Of a stretch of DNA of 25,779 nt, positions 25,637 through 25,779 are shown one piece after another. Location: the NCBI GenBank assembly GCA_965371515.1, contig CBDUYR010000041.1:1-25779 (forward strand), given 5' to 3'. The first letter of the stretch is position 1, and the number at the start of each line of letters is the position of its first letter. The stretch is from an uncultured bacterium. GTDB lineage: Bacteria > Krumholzibacteriota > Krumholzibacteriia > Krumholzibacteriales > Krumholzibacteriaceae. The position numbers and the translations under genes were made by a program. The notes beneath the pieces were generated by a model. That model was not told the DNA's origin and ran no database searches. It worked only from the letters and a program-made list of their open reading frames with translations.

Positions 25637-25779
25637 TCAGCGCAGCAGGATCATTTTTCTCACGGCACTGTATCCGCCCGTTGCGAACCTCGCGAAGTAG
25701 ACACCGCTGGAGACCCGGCCCCCGCGGTTGTTCCTGCCGTCCCAGCTCATCTCGTGCCTGCCGCCTGCCACCGGACCGT
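25637..25779 (-). CDS. 3' end of a protein with a FlgD-Ig/T9SS-type C-terminal domain (partial, not in the ORF track)
   Basis: Manual translation gives GPVAGGRHEMSWDGRNNRGGRVSSGVYFARFATGGYSAVRKMILLR*, the same pattern as the C-terminus of 75..1565. Confidence 0.85.
   Translation of the reverse strand, partial: GPVAGGRHEMSWDGRNNRGGRVSSGVYFARFATGGYSAVRKMILLR

Overview
This is a bacterial chromosome window, probably from the FCB group. Ca. Krumholzibacteriota/Latescibacterota is an inference from the FlgD/T9SS-like C-terminal domains and a C-terminal WGxIK motif. The left ~8.2 kb is an accessory block with lower GC. It holds a divergent module of an exported TPR-CHAT (caspase/separase-clan) protease, an atypical ECF sigma factor, a zinc-finger transmembrane TPR anti-sigma factor and a secreted beta-propeller protein. 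A GT-C glycosyltransferase follows and runs into the 3' end of tRNA-Lys. The same ECF-type promoter motif, G[GT]AAT-N12-TCCGTCT, precedes both the anti-sigma gene and the secreted-protein gene. Together these suggest a self-contained, CRISPR-independent, CHAT-protease-triggered transmembrane signalling system, which is the best candidate novel system here. The rest is mostly core genome: purA, a small CxxCH temptin-like protein, a class V aminotransferase, tig-clpP-clpX-lon-engB, tRNA-Leu, crotonase, a large secreted CBM48 protein, a DtxR-FeoA regulator with feoB, an outer-membrane beta-barrel and the tail of another CTD-bearing protein. All calls come from reading motifs by eye; no searches were run.
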